From assembly GCA_003971905.1 (NCBI GenBank), contig RSEE01000014.1, positions 310,001 to 374,000 of the forward strand: a stretch of DNA of 64,000 nt, in the 5' to 3' direction. Below are positions 37,213 to 48,969 of the stretch, in pieces. The notes below the pieces were generated by a model that was not told the origin of the DNA, searched no databases, and saw only the letters and a program-made list of their open reading frames with translations. A program made the translations under genes and the position numbers. Source of the stretch: Moniliella sp. 'wahieum' (lineage: Eukaryota). Each line of letters begins with the position of its first letter. The stretch's first letter is position 1.

Positions 37213-38649
37213 ATGTCGCTCCCCGAAGCACGCGTCGTATGGCAACGCAGTCCTTCTCCCGACAGCGGCACAGGCGAGGACGGGGAGGATGTGCTGCGGC
37301 CACCTGACCGCATTCTGCCTGCTGGCGACGCCGACTGTCCGCCAGCACCTGATGTTGCCTTGCCCTTGCCCTTGCCCTTCGCCTCCCCCTCTCCCCGTCC
37401 TGCCCCCTCAGCTGCTCCCACCCAACCTGCCGCCATCCCTCGCCCGCGCCCCCCTCTCCGCCGCACACGTCGCGCCCGCCGAAACAGGCCGCGGGCAGAC
37501 CGAATCGTGCTTGGCGCACCCAAGGCCGCTCGGCCTGCACCGCCACCTGTACCTGTACCTGTACCTGCAGCTGAACCTGCACCTCTCCCACCTCGCCCTC
37601 GCCCCGCCCCCACCCCGGCTCCTGCCTCAAGCCTCTTCCTCCCCCGCATGGTACCCACCAGTACCTGCACCCCCCAGCCTATGCGCGTGCGCATGTGGGC
37701 CAGCAAGCCCAACCTGAGTCCATCCCAGGCACACGGGAGGTACCCACGTCGCACTCCCGCCCCGCTACGCCTCCTATGCGCTCGCCGCTGAAGCGGGTCA
37801 CGATGCGCGGGTTTGCCGTTCCGGTAGCGTGTCCCTCCTCGCCCCTGGGGCACGAGGAGGATGCGCATGCAGCCGAGAGGGAGAAGGAGAAGGAGAAGGA
37901 GAAGGAGCCACTGACCGAGGAGGACCGGGGGCAGCGAACGCCAAAGCGGCTGCACCAGCTCACGCCCCGTCGTCTCAATCTCGGTCTCTGTCTCCCCCGC
38001 GCGACACGGCGAGCTTCATAGCCTATGTCAATGCGCACCTGTTTGATGGTCTGGACTTGGACCCGGACCTGGACCTAGAGCCGCGCGGAGGCATTACGCG
38101 CTGCACGACCGATCCCAGCGTTCGCTTTTCGCCGCGCCCGAGTCCTACCCGCGGCGCTACGCCGCCCTCGAGCCTTCCGAGCGAAGCGCGCGCCAGCTCG
38201 GTGCCCACGTCGCCCGTCGCTCTGAGCGTGTCCTGGACCAGCCCTAAACGCGACCCCAACGTATCCGCACCCGCAGCTTCTTGTACCAGTTTGCTGCCCC
38301 CGCCTCCGCTCCGTGGCCAGTCGGGACCCTGGGGAGGCGCACGCGCCGACCCCGCCAGGGATCCAACGCGTTGTCGCTTTCGCATTCGCAGTCGCATTCG
38401 TTTTCGCTTTCCTCGCCGTGCGCTCGGTGCGTCCGTTGGGGGCGTGTCCAGCACGCAGCAGGGCACTGGACGGCGCACTGTGGCTTCCTCGTAAGCGTCG
38501 TCGTAGTAGTCCTCCTCTGCCGGCTCGGCGCGCTCCCACCCCCCCCTCTCTTCGGCCCGGGAAGCTCCCCGGGCACAGCCATCATCCTGTCGGACGACGA
38601 AGAGGTCGAGATGGTGCAGCTGATCTTGCCGGGCCAACGGGATCGGTGA
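37213..38649 (+). CDS. Hypothetical proline/serine-rich low-complexity protein (frameshifted)
   Basis: ATG in ccccccATGtc, then chained coding-like ORFs (MSLPEARVVWQRSPSP..; ..ASFIAYVNAHLFDGLDL..; ..AIILSDDEEVEMV). No recognisable domain. Confidence 0.45.
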
Positions 38650-39095
38650 GTAGGGCTCGGGTCTTGCGAGCCACAACGTGGGGGGGAGCACTCCTCCTCC
38701 TCTTCTCCCTTCTCCTCATGACACATTCATTCGTCCAGCTGCATGTGACCTTGCATGCATTCGCGTCAATCGATCCATCCGCCTCTGGCTTCCAAATCCC
38801 AAACCACTCTGTCGTGCGCGCTGCTCCTACTGCTCTTTGTCCTTTTGAGCCTTTCTTAGACCCCCCCCCCCTCCCCGGCCCCCGCGCGCGCCTACGGGCT
38901 ACTGCATCCTACTTTATGTCCCAGTCATGCGCCCTCGGAATCCAAATCATCATTCGCAACGCATCTTTCTCCTCAGCACGCACGCCGAGAGGGTCCCACC
39001 GGTCACCAGACTTGGTTCCGCCCAAAAACGGATGTAGAGAGCGAGACCGAGACAGAGACCGAGACAGAGACAGAGATAGAACCAAAGAGCCACAC

Positions 39096-40639
39096 TTACA
39101 GGGCCGGGTCGGCCGGGCGACGCATGCTCGGGGTCATGGTGACCAGTTCCTCTGCGCCCGAGGGGTGAACGGCGACGGTATTGTCAAAGTCCTTCTTAGT
39201 GGCGCCCATCTTGACCGTCACGCCAAGGGCTTGGATCAATTCGTCTGAGCCAAGACCAATGACATGGATGCCGACGATTTTCTCTCCTCCTTGTCACCAA
39301 CGACAATCATCTTGTACACCGTTGGCTGTTTGTGGTCCAGCACGCCAAAGTAGAGGTTGGTAAACCGGGTCTGGTACACAAACACGTTCTCCCGTCCATA
39401 GTGCTCGATCGCCGCGGCCTCCGACAAGCCCACGCTCCCGGCAGCCGGGTGGGCAAAGATGGCAGTAGGAATGTCCGAGTAGTTGAGGTGGTCGTGCGCT
39501 AGCTCGGCAGGGCCAAATAGACGGTTGGACAGCCTGCGTCCGGCGGCGATCGCAACGGGCGTCAGCAGTGCGTGCCCCGCCACGTCGCCCACCGCATACA
39601 CGCCCGGGACATTGGTGTTTTGGTACTTGTCCACGGGGATGGGCCGTCAGGCGCTGGGTCACGCCGGCCTTGTCCAGTCCCAAGTTGTTCACGGCAGGGT
39701 GCGTCCAATAGCCCAGACCAGTGCGTCGACCTCGATTGACTGCCCGTGTTGAAGTGCACGGTCAACGGGCCGCCCTTCTCGCCCTCGATCTTGGTCACCT
39801 GGGTCTTGGTGTGCACCGAGAGACCTTCTTGGGTCATGTACTCCTGCAGCGTCTGGCCAATCACGTGGTCAAACGAGCGAAGGAAATGTTCGTGGCGAAT
39901 GACAAGGTGCGTCTCGCTGCCCAATCCATGGAATTGACCAGCAAGTTCGACGGCAATGTAGCCTGCGCCCACCACGGCCACCCGACGCGGTTGCTCCCGA
40001 AGAGCAAAGTAGCCGTCCGAGTCGATGCCCAGCGACGCACCGGGCACCTGCTCCTCGGGGGCCAGGCGGGTAGCCACCAGTCGAGATGACAATGTGGTCG
40101 GCACTGATGGTGTGGGTGCCGGCATCAAACTTGCCCGTTGCAGCGTTGCGGAGATCAATGTGGATCTGCTTGGGGCCAGCAAACTTAGCAAAGCCAGAGA
40201 TGTACTCGACGCCGTCCTTGGCAAGGTTGCGATCGTAAATGCCGTTGAGGCGCTCAATGTACTTGTCGCGCCGCTCGGCAAAGAAGCGCCAGTCAAACGC
40301 CGGCTGCTTGCCGTACTCGCTGAGCGGGCCAAAGCCGTACTCGGGCGCAGCCTTGATCGTGGACGCAATGTCGGACGCATGCCACATGAGCTTCTTGGGC
40401 ACACAGCCCACATTGACACAGGTGCCGCCCAGGTACCCGTCCTTCTCGATCAGAGCGACCTTCTTGCCGTAGGCGGCGGCGCGGCGGCCGGTGCCCATCG
40501 CACCCGACCCACCGCCAATGACGATGAGGTCGTAGTGGGAGCGTGTGGGGGGGACAGGCGGCATGGCGACACGGGCAGAGGTGGAGAGGCGGGCGGAGGA
40601 GGGGCCGATGCGCGGGACAAGACGGGGCGCAAGAAGCAT
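39096..40639 (-). CDS. GLR1: Glutathione reductase
   Basis: [64 protein letters not shown]-terminal ..EELVTM. Two in-frame ATGs at 40639 and 40564. Confidence 0.95.
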
Positions 40640-41268
40640 CGTGGGCACAGCAACCGAGCGGCCGGCTTCTTTTCTACCACGGCGTTAAACGTTAACACCG
40701 CGAGGCCAATCGGGACGGTATGCAGGGGCGGCTGATGGCGTCATCGATTGCTTACCTCAGCGGCCGCCCCGCCCGCCGGCGTCTGACGGGCAAGGCGGCG
40801 TGGCTGGGGCACGCGCCGTGCGGGAGCGGACACAGCCGGCGCGGCCCAGCGGCGACCCACCCCGTCCCCTCCGGCCGACAGCCTTCACGCCCAGCGTCCA
40901 GCGTCCAGCGCCCAGCGCCCCTCGCGCCCTTGGCCTCGTCCGCACATCCATCGAAAACATCCCCCAGCCACAGCCACCCCAGCCCATCTTGACAGCATGG
41001 CGGCTCATCGATCATCGCTCATCTCAACGATCGATCGCCATGCAATGTTCAACTTCTGCACTGAACGTTCACTACACACTGCGACTCGTGCAGGCCAGCG
41101 CTCGGTGGGCACGAGGCCAACAGGCACTGGTCACGTGGTTGACACCCGCCTCCCGTGACGTCAGCAGCCGCGTTGGCACCCCAGTACCCCCCGCCCTCCC
41201 GCCCCGTCGGGGGCTGCAACTGTCGTGTCGCAGCCGAGCAGGGGGTGGGCTGCTGCGTCCTTGCCATC

Positions 41269-42184
41269 ATGTCCTCCATTATCGAGACGCTGTTGGGCGG
41301 ACCAAGACGGCCGGCGGCGGCGCGAGGAGAACCAGCGCGCGCTCCAGCGCGCTCAGCGCGAACTCGACCGCGAACGCACCAAGCTCGAGCAACAGGAAAA
41401 GAAGCTGATTGTCGATATCAAGAAGAGCGCCAAGGACGGTCAGATGGTACGTCGTTTGCAATCTGCGTGGTGGCTCGTGGGTTGAGGCATCGGGTGTGCT
41501 CAGGAGGGGGGAGGGGGTGGCCCTCATTGCGCATGCGAGAGCAGGGCAGAACTAACGCTGCCCCGTTCGTTCCAGGCGGCATGCAAGATTATGGCGCGGG
41601 ACCTGGTGCGCACGCGCAAGCACATTCAAAAATTCTATCAGATGCGCACGCAGCTGCAGGCCGTATCGCTGCGGATTCAAGGGTTGCGGAGTAACCAGGC
41701 TATGGGCGAGGCCATGCGCGGGGCTACCAAGGTACGTTGTTTGTCTCCGCCCTCATTGCGCTCGTCTTGAGCCTTGCCAGGTCGATACTGACGCGCAGAT
41801 GGATGCCAGGCGATGGGCATGATGAACCGGCAAATGAACCTGCCGCAAATCCAGCGCATCATGCGCGAGTTTGAGCAGCAAGCCGAGGTGATGGACCTGA
41901 AGGAGGAGATGATGAACGATGCGGTGGACGAGGCGATGGAGTCGGACGAAGGTGTGGGCGAGGAAGAGGCAGGCGATGCGATTCTGCAAGAAGTGTTGGA
42001 TGAGATTGGTGTGACCACGGCACAGCAGTTGAAAGATGCGCCGATGGGCGCGTTGGCCGAGGCCCAAGCTGCCCCGCCGACCAAAGTGGCTATTGGCGAG
42101 GGCGCCGAAGCCCACGCCCCGATCGCAGGCGGGTCGGAAGAGGATGAGTTGCAGGCCCGCTTGGACAGCCTACGACGCGATTGA
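41269..42184 (+). CDS. DID4: ESCRT-III subunit Did4/Vps2 (CHMP2A); introns ~41446-41576 and ~41732-41809
   Basis: NQRALQRAQRELDRERTKLEQQEKKLIVDIKK, MARDLVRTR, MRTQLQAVSLRIQ, MNLPQIQRIMREFE, C-terminal MIM ELQARLDSLRRD*. Confidence 0.95.
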
Positions 42185-42462
42185 GTTCCGGCTTCGGCAC
42201 TGGTTCCACTAGGATTCCCTCCCCCGCCCCTGTGCCATGTCTTGTGGTTGTTGATCTTCCCTCTGCGTTCCCCCCGGGGGTTTTCTCTTATCTGGTGTGG
42301 CTTGTTTGCACTCCCTCCCTGCCATGAACCCTTAGATCGATTCCCATTTTACCAAACAGACGGGCTGAACCATGTGTGCAACGAGAACGACGACAGATCT
42401 GCGGGAAAAGAGAGTAGGTCGATAAGGGGAAAAGGCATGGGGACGAGCGGGGAACAAAAAAA

Positions 42463-42550
42463 CGAATCCTGCCGGGGTCGAACCGACGACCATTACCATG
42501 ACTTTCGGGCAAAGCCGGAAAGTAACACTCCACCACTGAGCTAAGGATCC
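42463..42550 (-). tRNA. tRNA-Arg(CCG) with ~16-nt intron, copy 2
   Basis: Same cloverleaf as 36512-36599 with three substitutions (one in the D-loop, two in the intron); T7 terminator. Confidence 0.85.
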
Positions 42551-43316
42551 TTTAGGACTTGGATGAATCAAACTCTATGCATTCCAGCTCGTGAAAGGAC
42601 CGACATTTGCACATCCCATTGGCTCTCTGCTGCTCGTAGTACAATCACCAACCTCGGCGGCATGTGTAAGAATGTGACAACAGCGCATACACTCAGGGCT
42701 GACCGCGAGCGTTGGGCCCAGAATCGAACTCCCTGCATCATCGTTGAGATGGAAGAAGGCAGCGTTGCGGGGGACGTCACGCGTCACCGTCGAAGGGCGT
42801 CCAGTACGGCGGGAAGGGTTAGTGCGGTATATGTTTTCAGGTCCGACGAGAGCACCTTGCTTTGCTTAATCTGTCCGCTTCTGACGAAGGGATGGTAGGA
42901 TTGGCGTGCGCGTGGTGCACAAATTTGGTGATATATGCAGGCGCAAGGCGCTTTCGGGAGCAACGCCGGATAGCAACAATCTACTGGCAGGCAGAACAAG
43001 GGTAAAAGACCCCACAGCTGTTCATCTCCGGTGACCGTGATATCAGAGAAGGTCATCATTCACGTTTACGCCATGCTGACTTGTTGGGTTCTTGTGTTGG
43101 TCCGATGTTGAGGAGCTTCTCCATCGGTGGTCACTGTCGTAACTCACGCGTTGAGGTCGGAAGCGATCGTATGGCAGGTTCGCTTCCAGTGTGTGTGTCC
43201 TTTCCCTCTTCCCGCGACCGCCCCGGCCCTTCCAATGATGGGGGGGAAGAAGGTTGAGGGGATGCATGTATGATTGGGTGCGAGTGCTTCCGAGGGGGCT
43301 GCATACTAGGGCGATG

Positions 43317-43402
43317 GGCGAGGCGTGCGGAAGAATGGCGAGGCGTGCGGAAAATGGCGAGGCGTGCGGAAGAATGGCGAGGCGTGCGGAAGAATGGCGA
43401 GG
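43317..43402. repeat. 20-bp minisatellite (GGCGAGGCGTGCGGAAGAAT)~4
   Basis: Four near-perfect tandem units (one is 19 bp), about 90 bp beyond the tRNA-Pro 3' end. Confidence 0.9.
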
Positions 43403-43492
43403 AAACTATTGCCACGAAGTACAGGACGGATCCATGAGGAGAGTAGGGTGTCGGAGGCAGTGGATTGCTCGCAGAAGAAAAAAAGAAAAAAT

Positions 43493-43590
43493 GGGGCTCA
43501 GCGGGAATTGAACCCACGACCACCTCTATTCGAACTGGAACCAGCTCGGGCACGACCCGAAGAGGCATGATACCACTACACCATGAGCCC
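43493..43590 (-). tRNA. tRNA-Pro(CGG) with intron
   Basis: GGGCTCA-TG-GTGTAGTGGTATCAT-G-CCTCT-T-CGG-G-[intron]-T-AGAGG-TGGTC-GTGGGTTCAATTCCCGC-TGAGCCC-C with T-rich terminator. The anticodon loop is one T short, probably a homopolymer error. Confidence 0.85.
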
Positions 43591-44391
43591 GGATGCGGGG
43601 AGGTTGCACTCGTATCATGGCTCTTGGCAGATTCGGTTGAGGACTGGTACGATCGACAGTGGGAGCTGAGCTAAGCAGCGCTGTCACATGCATGTCAGCG
43701 CTGACATGCTGACACATGGATGGGTAATGGGGACCCCAGAGGGCAGGCAAGGCTGCGATGTCTGTGCGTTGGCGATGTGCCCGTGGGGGCGGCGGGTGCG
43801 GGCGGTGGCCGGCAGTGTGCGCGTGCGTGCTGACATGTGACATGTGACAGCGCAGTAGGGTTGGCATGCGTGCAGGCGGGCAGCGGGCGAGTGTGGGCGG
43901 CAAACGGGGGGCAGCACGCCAAGGCGGCAAGCGGCGGAGATGGCCATGGCTTGGGGCTGGCTTGCGGGCTTGCAGCTGCGGCTGGCTGGCTGGCTGGCTG
44001 GGTGCAGGGCAGGCGATGCAGGGGGGCGTGCCGTGCTGCGGCGGATGCTTGCGTCGGATATCGCCGCCGGCTGGCACGGTGCAGTGCCCGGGCGTGCGGG
44101 GCCCACGACGCATGACGTGCTGCATGGGGCGCCGCAGCACGCCGCTGTGCCTGCGGCCCATCACGCATCGCCCCGGCGTGCGTTGGGCCGCCTGCCTGCA
44201 TGCTGCCCGCCAGCGCATCCGCAGAAAAAAAGCGCCCCCACCCGCTTTTTTCTTCCTTCCCCCCACCTGTGCATGGCCGTTCCCTAAGCCGTACACACCC
44301 CCCCCACCCCCTCGACCGGGCTAGGACTGGACGGACCACGTCGACGCGACCCGCCCCTACCCACTGGACCACTTGGACCCCCGTCATCATC

Positions 44392-46417
44392 ATGGCTGTC
44401 ACCGTCACCAACCAGGCCCACACCCGCTCGGGCCTCGCCATCAATAATAGTCTCTACCATGAGCGCTACGATGATCCCCGCGCTGCCCTCGCCCCCCCCA
44501 CTGCCCCGCCGTCGACGCACGCGGCCCGGGCGTGCCGGCCGTGGACGAGGGCAGCGCGCCTGCCAATCCGCACCTCCAAGTGGCCCCAGTCGCGGCACAC
44601 TCCGTCCATTCCCCTCTGCGTCTCCGATGCGCCTGCCCCTGGCGGTGCGCTGGAGCACGCGGAGGGTGCGCGCCCCGCGTTCGCCGCGGGGGTGGGTTCC
44701 CTCTCTTCTTCGGGCCCCACCGCCGCTGGCGCCTTTGATTCCTCCTTGCCTGCTTCCGTCCCGGCGCCCCCGCACACGCAGGAGGATGCGTCGCTGGCCC
44801 AGCAGCTCATTGCTCAGCTCGTCGCCGCCGTAAGCGAGACGAAGCAAGTGGGCGCGATGCTGCTGGACCCGCCGGTACCGGAGCAGGCTCCCCTGTCTGA
44901 CGCTGAGCCGGCCTACAGCCCCTCGGCCAAGCTGGACGACGAAGCCAAGTTGCCCGACAAGTACCACGACCGTGACAACCCACTCACTGCCCAGACGACC
45001 GGCACGGCCAGCCAGTCTGACGCGGCTACGCTGTTGGATGGCGTCTGGGGCGAGGCCCAGGGCCCGTTTGAAGGCCCCGAGAAGCTGCTCGAGCTCTGGT
45101 TTGCCAATAGCCCTGATGCGCTGCTTCTGCCTGGTGGGCAGGGGGCAGCATGGACTCAAGGCTGTGCCGCGCGCCGTGTGGGAGCAGATGCTGGACTTGG
45201 TCCACTGCAAAGTCCTCTCGGTCATTCCTAGCGCCGAGGTGGACGCCTACCTCTTGTCGGAGAGCTCGATGTTTGTCTTTCCCCCAAACTCATTCTCAAA
45301 ACCTGTGGCACCACCACGCTCCTCCTGGGCCTGGAACGCCTGCTGGAAATCGCAGCGGCGGCACTTGCGCCCCACTTTTGCCACTAAGATGCACACGCCG
45401 CTCTCGGTGGCTGCCTTGGCTGCGGGCAGTGTGCTGAAAGCGGACCAGGCTCCCACGTCCGAGACGCCGCGACGATGGGTGGCGTTGACGCCAAGGACCG
45501 GTCGGAGGAGGAGGAGCACAAGCGTGCGCTCGGGCGGTTGGTGCAGCGCTGCTTTTACTCGCGCAAGTCGTTCATGTTCCCAGAGCGGCAGAAGGGCCCG
45601 CACAAGGACTGGATGACCGAAGTGAGCACGCTGGACAGTTTCTTTGGACCCAAGGGCGGTGCTGCCTACACGGTAGGCAAGATGAATGGGGACCATTGGT
45701 TGCTGTATACGTCCCAGTCGCCCGAATCGCCGCGGCGGACGAGAAGGTGCGTTTGGCGTTGGCCAGTGCTGGAGCTGGTGCGGGTGCGGAGGTGGTGGGC
45801 CCGCAAGACCAAACGCTGGAGATGCTCATGACCCCCTGAGTCCCAAGGCCTGCTCCACTTTTTCTATGACGAAGACAGCTCGCTTCCCGAGGGAGGCGAC
45901 GATGCGCACCGTGGCCATGCGCTGGGGGCAAGACGGCACAGAAGTTGGGGCTGGACACGCTGTACCCTGCGACGTACTTGGACGCGTATGCGTTTGACCC
46001 GTGTGGGTTTAGTGCCAATGCGGTGGTTGCGCGTCCGTGCTCGGAGGCGAATGCGAATGCGGAGGCGGAGCAGAGGCGGTGCGGGACGGGTACTGGACCA
46101 TCCACGTCACGCCCGAAGAAGACTTTAGCTACGCGAGCTTTGAGACGAACGTGGTGCCGTCGTGTGCAGGCGGGTCGGGGGCGCGGGGGTGCCGGGTAGC
46201 CAGCCGTCGGACGCCAAGGCGCTCATCCAACGTGTTGTCGAGATCTTCGAACCGGGCCGCATGACCATCACGCTCTTTGCTTCGGCCGACCTGGATGGCG
46301 GACAAGGCGAGGTACTGCAGCGTCTCCAGCTGGCCGGGTACCGTCGCACGACCGCATCCTCTACGAGTTGGTCACTACGACTTGTACTTTGTCCAGTTTG
46401 AGCGCCTCGACGCCTGA
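44392..46417 (+). CDS. SPE2: S-adenosylmethionine decarboxylase proenzyme
   Basis: [14 protein letters not shown], autocleavage motif [53 protein letters not shown]. The alternative in-frame ATG at 44200 has weaker context. Confidence 0.95.
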
Positions 46418-47866
46418 CCGCCTAATCTAGTCGTACTCTGGCGGCCCAATAAAACTTCCAAGGGGACTCATCTCCCCCCCCCTCCCCCTTCTCCCTTCTT
46501 CTCTTCCTCCCTGTACCCTCTGCGTTGCGCGAGAGAAGGTGACGGGACAGCAACTGCGGTGCTGGTTCTACTTCCCTGCTCATCGCTCCTGCGTGAATCT
46601 CCGTGACTCTCGTGACTCTGCGTGAATCTGCGTGACTCGTTTGGGTGGAGCCTGTCCACGTTCCTCCCCCCCCCCCCCTAATGCCCCTGTGCGATCTCCA
46701 TCTTGGACAGCCAACGACCGGTGCTTGGACCGAGCAGGACGGGTCGAGCGGTTGGGTCGTGTCGCTGCGGGCGGACACGATGCTGTTTTGAGAGAATGTG
46801 ATCGCGCGGCTTGTGACGTTCATGGAGCTTGAGCTTGAGCTTGAGCTCGAGGTTTACCTTGAGGCTTGAGGCCTTGAGGGTTTAGCGTTTAGCTTGAAGC
46901 TGGAAGATTTGTAGGTTTAGGTCGCGTGGCAGAGGGCACTGTCGTGCTGCTAGGATCTAGGACGTCGGGACGGGATCGTGGACCAACGCGGCGAAGTAAG
47001 AAACCTTTTCTTGACACGACAGAGCGTCCATGCATCATGTTACTTAGGCAACCAAGCACCCACCCCTCGCCCGGGTCCAAGAATCATGTTCATACTAGCC
47101 CGACCGTGGGCGGTACTATATACAAAGTCCTACATTCTTGTTGTTTGATCTTACATCTTAGATCTTCCCTCTCCCTCTTGATTGAAGGTCAAGCTTCAAG
47201 GGTGCATTTACTCCGGGCAGCCGCTATTTTTTGGTGGGGCAGACCAACAAATGTCAACGTTCTCTCGCTCTCAGATGGACCTGTTGGGTCGGCTGTCCAA
47301 AACGAGACTTAAGAGAGGACTAAGGAACATCAGAGCCATCCGCAGCGATCTCTCCTGCTCTGACAAGTGACTAGTGACATCGGATTCGAGCCATATATAT
47401 TGTTTCTTTCTTTCCCTCAGAGGGGGGGCTCCCACTTGTTCCCCCACCCACCCATCCCACCTCCCACCTCCCACCCTACAGCCTGCAGCCTAGGTAGAAG
47501 CCACCGCGCCGCCCACGCCTCAATCTGGGGAGCGCGAGACGGGGTTTGGGGTCCCTTTCCCCTCCCCGAGACGAGTCTCATCCCTGGGCCAGGAGATGCA
47601 GGGAGGCACTACAAGCCTGGGCGGGGATGCCAATGAACCAGAGGGAGGAGTGTACGGCACCAAAGGCATTCCTGTGTGAGCCACCTCGCAAACTTCGAGC
47701 TTGGAGCTTTTAGAGTGGGAGCTGGGAGCTTGGAACGTTGTGCGCGTCAAGCAACTACCGCACGAAGAAGTACGCGGTCGATCGTGGGTTCCCTAAAACG
47801 CGTACGACCCAGCTGCGTAGGAGACTGGGGGCCGTGCGAAGCACCGGCGGGAATGCAAAATCCAAG

Positions 47867-48969
47867 TTAGAGCAGGCCCTTGAGCCCTTTCTTGGGCTTC
47901 TTGCCCGCCGGTCGAGGAGAGGCAGAGGCGAGCTTGGCAGTTGGTTGGTGGGGATGCAATGGGGGGTTCGATCCGCGCAGTGGCGGTGTCTGTGTCGGAG
48001 CGGCGGGAAGGACCGAGGGCTGCGAGGCGTGTTTAGATTTCGAGGTGGAGGCCTTCGAAGTGGAGGCCGACGCAGACGTGGACGTGGTAGCAGGGACAGT
48101 GGCAGGTACAGTGGCAGTGGCAGTGGAAGCAACCTGTGTCGAGCTTCGACTCTTACGTCGTCGGGCTTTGCGTGCGTCCCGTGCGGCCTTTTTAGCCTGC
48201 TTGAGTTTGGCTAGGTCCAGCGGGGCGACCGAGCGGAGATGTTTGATGCGCACGGGCAAAGCCGGGCCGGCACGGTCAGCTTCGCTCCCTGGCAAGGGAG
48301 AAGCCAGTGCCTGGTCCAGCAAGGGGAGACGGACAATGGACCCGGGGCAGTGAGGCGGTGCAAGTAGGATGAGAACAGCTGCTGCTCGTCGCACGCCCAA
48401 CGCACGCGCTACCACCGGCTCACTCCCGCGGGGTAAGGGCGCAAGACGAAGGGTGTACCCGGCCGCATGGGCCGCCGCACACGCCAATGGGATGGGCGCG
48501 ACAAGCGATACAGGCGAAACATCTTGCTTGCACACCAGCAGCACAGCTTCCCCGTTCAGGGAAGAGGGGGTTGTGCGCGTGGGCGTGCCAGGTCTCGGAC
48601 GTGCGCCCAGGGCGACTTTCTCCTCGAGGAACTTGAGCACGGCCGTGATGCCTGCCACAAGCGGGGGGCAGGATGGAGGGTGGGACGAAGCTGATGCAGG
48701 GTCGAGCGTACCCGTCTGGTCCACCTCCATTGCTTCTTCTGGGTTAGGACCGGGGGGAGGGGCGGCTACGTGGAAGAAGAAGAAGAAGAAGAAGCGCGGC
48801 GCCGGCGCCGAGGGCAGGGCAGCGAGGGCACATGCGTGTCGAGCCACGTGGCAACCTGGGACGGATGCGCAAACGCCTCGGGTGGCCAGTCGATGTTGAA
48901 AGGGCTGGAGAGGACGGTGCGCCAGACAGTGCGTGTTGCGGCGCGTGCGGACGATGGGGCAGCAGCCAT
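47867..48969 (-). CDS. POP3: RNase P/MRP subunit Pop3/Rpp38-like (L7Ae fold)
   Basis: RTVWRTVLSSPFNIDWP, LVAGITAVLKFLE, LLVCKQDVSPVSLVAPIP, LPRGSEPVVARALGVRRAAAVLI, basic tail. Confidence 0.7.

Noticed and set aside
42560..43310. Protein-coding gene between tRNA-Arg and tRNA-Pro
   Set aside because: Only short fragments with no recognisable similarity.
7594..46417. Polyamine pathway cluster (arginase plus SPE2)
   Set aside because: The genes are ~36 kb apart with many unrelated housekeeping genes between them.
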